Shown here in pieces: positions 40,229 through 40,441 of a DNA stretch of 40,441 bases. Source of the DNA: a virus. The DNA lies in IMG/VR virus record IMGVR_UViG_3300026532_000002, positions 1 through 40,441 of that record; one strand, 5' to 3'. The position numbers were made by a program, and so were the translations under genes. Every line of letters begins with the position of its first letter. Within the stretch, counting starts at the first letter, position 1. The notes beneath the pieces were generated by a model that was not told the origin of the DNA, did no database searches, and saw only the letters and a list, made by a program, of their open reading frames with translations.

Positions 40229-40441
40229 AGATCACCGTTGAGATCCCCGACGACGTCGCCGAACGGGTCAAGACCGCCCGGGCTGCGTTGCACCAGGCTG
40301 GCGCCCAGCCAAACAACGCAAAAGCCTCCATGCTCAACCGCGCCGAGAAGATTCGGGAGCTGGCCGTCGCATACGGCGAGGCCGTTCGCCACGTCCCGGC
40401 GCACAGCGTGACCTGGTACGCGCTGCTTGATGCGGAATGGG
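40225..40441 (+). CDS. 5' part of the junction-spanning hypothetical protein (continues at 128..195 of the circle)
   Basis: GTGA overlap with 39686..40228. Open to the window end and in frame with nt 1..195. Confidence 0.6.
   Translation, partial: MKITVEIPDDVAERVKTARAALHQAGAQPNNAKASMLNRAEKIRELAVAYGEAVRHVPAHSVTWYALLDAEW
40315..40441. repeat. Terminal direct repeat, copy 2 (identical to 1..127)
   Basis: Exact identity with the window start. Confidence 0.95.

Noticed and set aside
1-40441. CRISPR arrays, rRNA or tRNA genes, and transposase/IS elements.
   Set aside because: No regularly spaced repeat-spacer pattern, cloverleaf candidates, or transposase-like ORFs were seen on either strand. 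The only mobile elements supported are the intein and the integrase module.

Overview
The window appears to be a complete, circularly closed genome of about 40.3 kb. The first 127 nt are identical to the last 127 nt, giving a unit length of 40,314 bp. It looks like a temperate siphovirus-type phage or prophage of a high-G+C actinobacterium: many GTG starts, GGAGG-type RBSs, and pervasive ATGA/GTGA/TGATG start-stop overlaps.

Module order:
- **Early/replication operon on + (40225 across the junction to 12071):** small membrane proteins, an orphan C5-cytosine methyltransferase, a Cas4/RecB-like PD-(D/E)XK exonuclease interrupted by a LAGLIDADG intein, an SNF2 helicase, a RuvC-like resolvase, and a 1442-aa Toprim-primase / P-loop NTPase / 3'-5' exo / family-A polymerase fusion. 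The linker of that fusion carries a low-G+C, strongly structured in-frame segment.
- **Packaging:** HNH endonuclease, a structured non-coding region (probable cos/pac), then TerS and TerL.
- **Late operon on + (12934..30503):** portal, an 801-aa scaffold/protease-like plus HK97-fold capsid fusion, connector proteins, two paralogous tail-tube genes, G/GT chaperones with a GGGAAAA -1 slippery site, a short tape measure with a frame break near its 3' end, two distal tail proteins, endolysin and holin.
- **Accessory island on the minus strand (30724..34689):** a tightly coupled seven-gene operon built around a radical-SAM/SPASM enzyme and an APH-fold kinase, with small ORFs and membrane proteins. 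It is divergent from a WhiJ-like XRE / DUF397 regulator pair.
- **Lysogeny module:** a repeat-dense probable attP region, tyrosine integrase, a low-G+C membrane gene, a CI-like repressor, and a divergent Cro-like / Xis-like pair.

No tRNA, rRNA or CRISPR array was seen. All functional calls come from motifs read by eye; no database search was possible.
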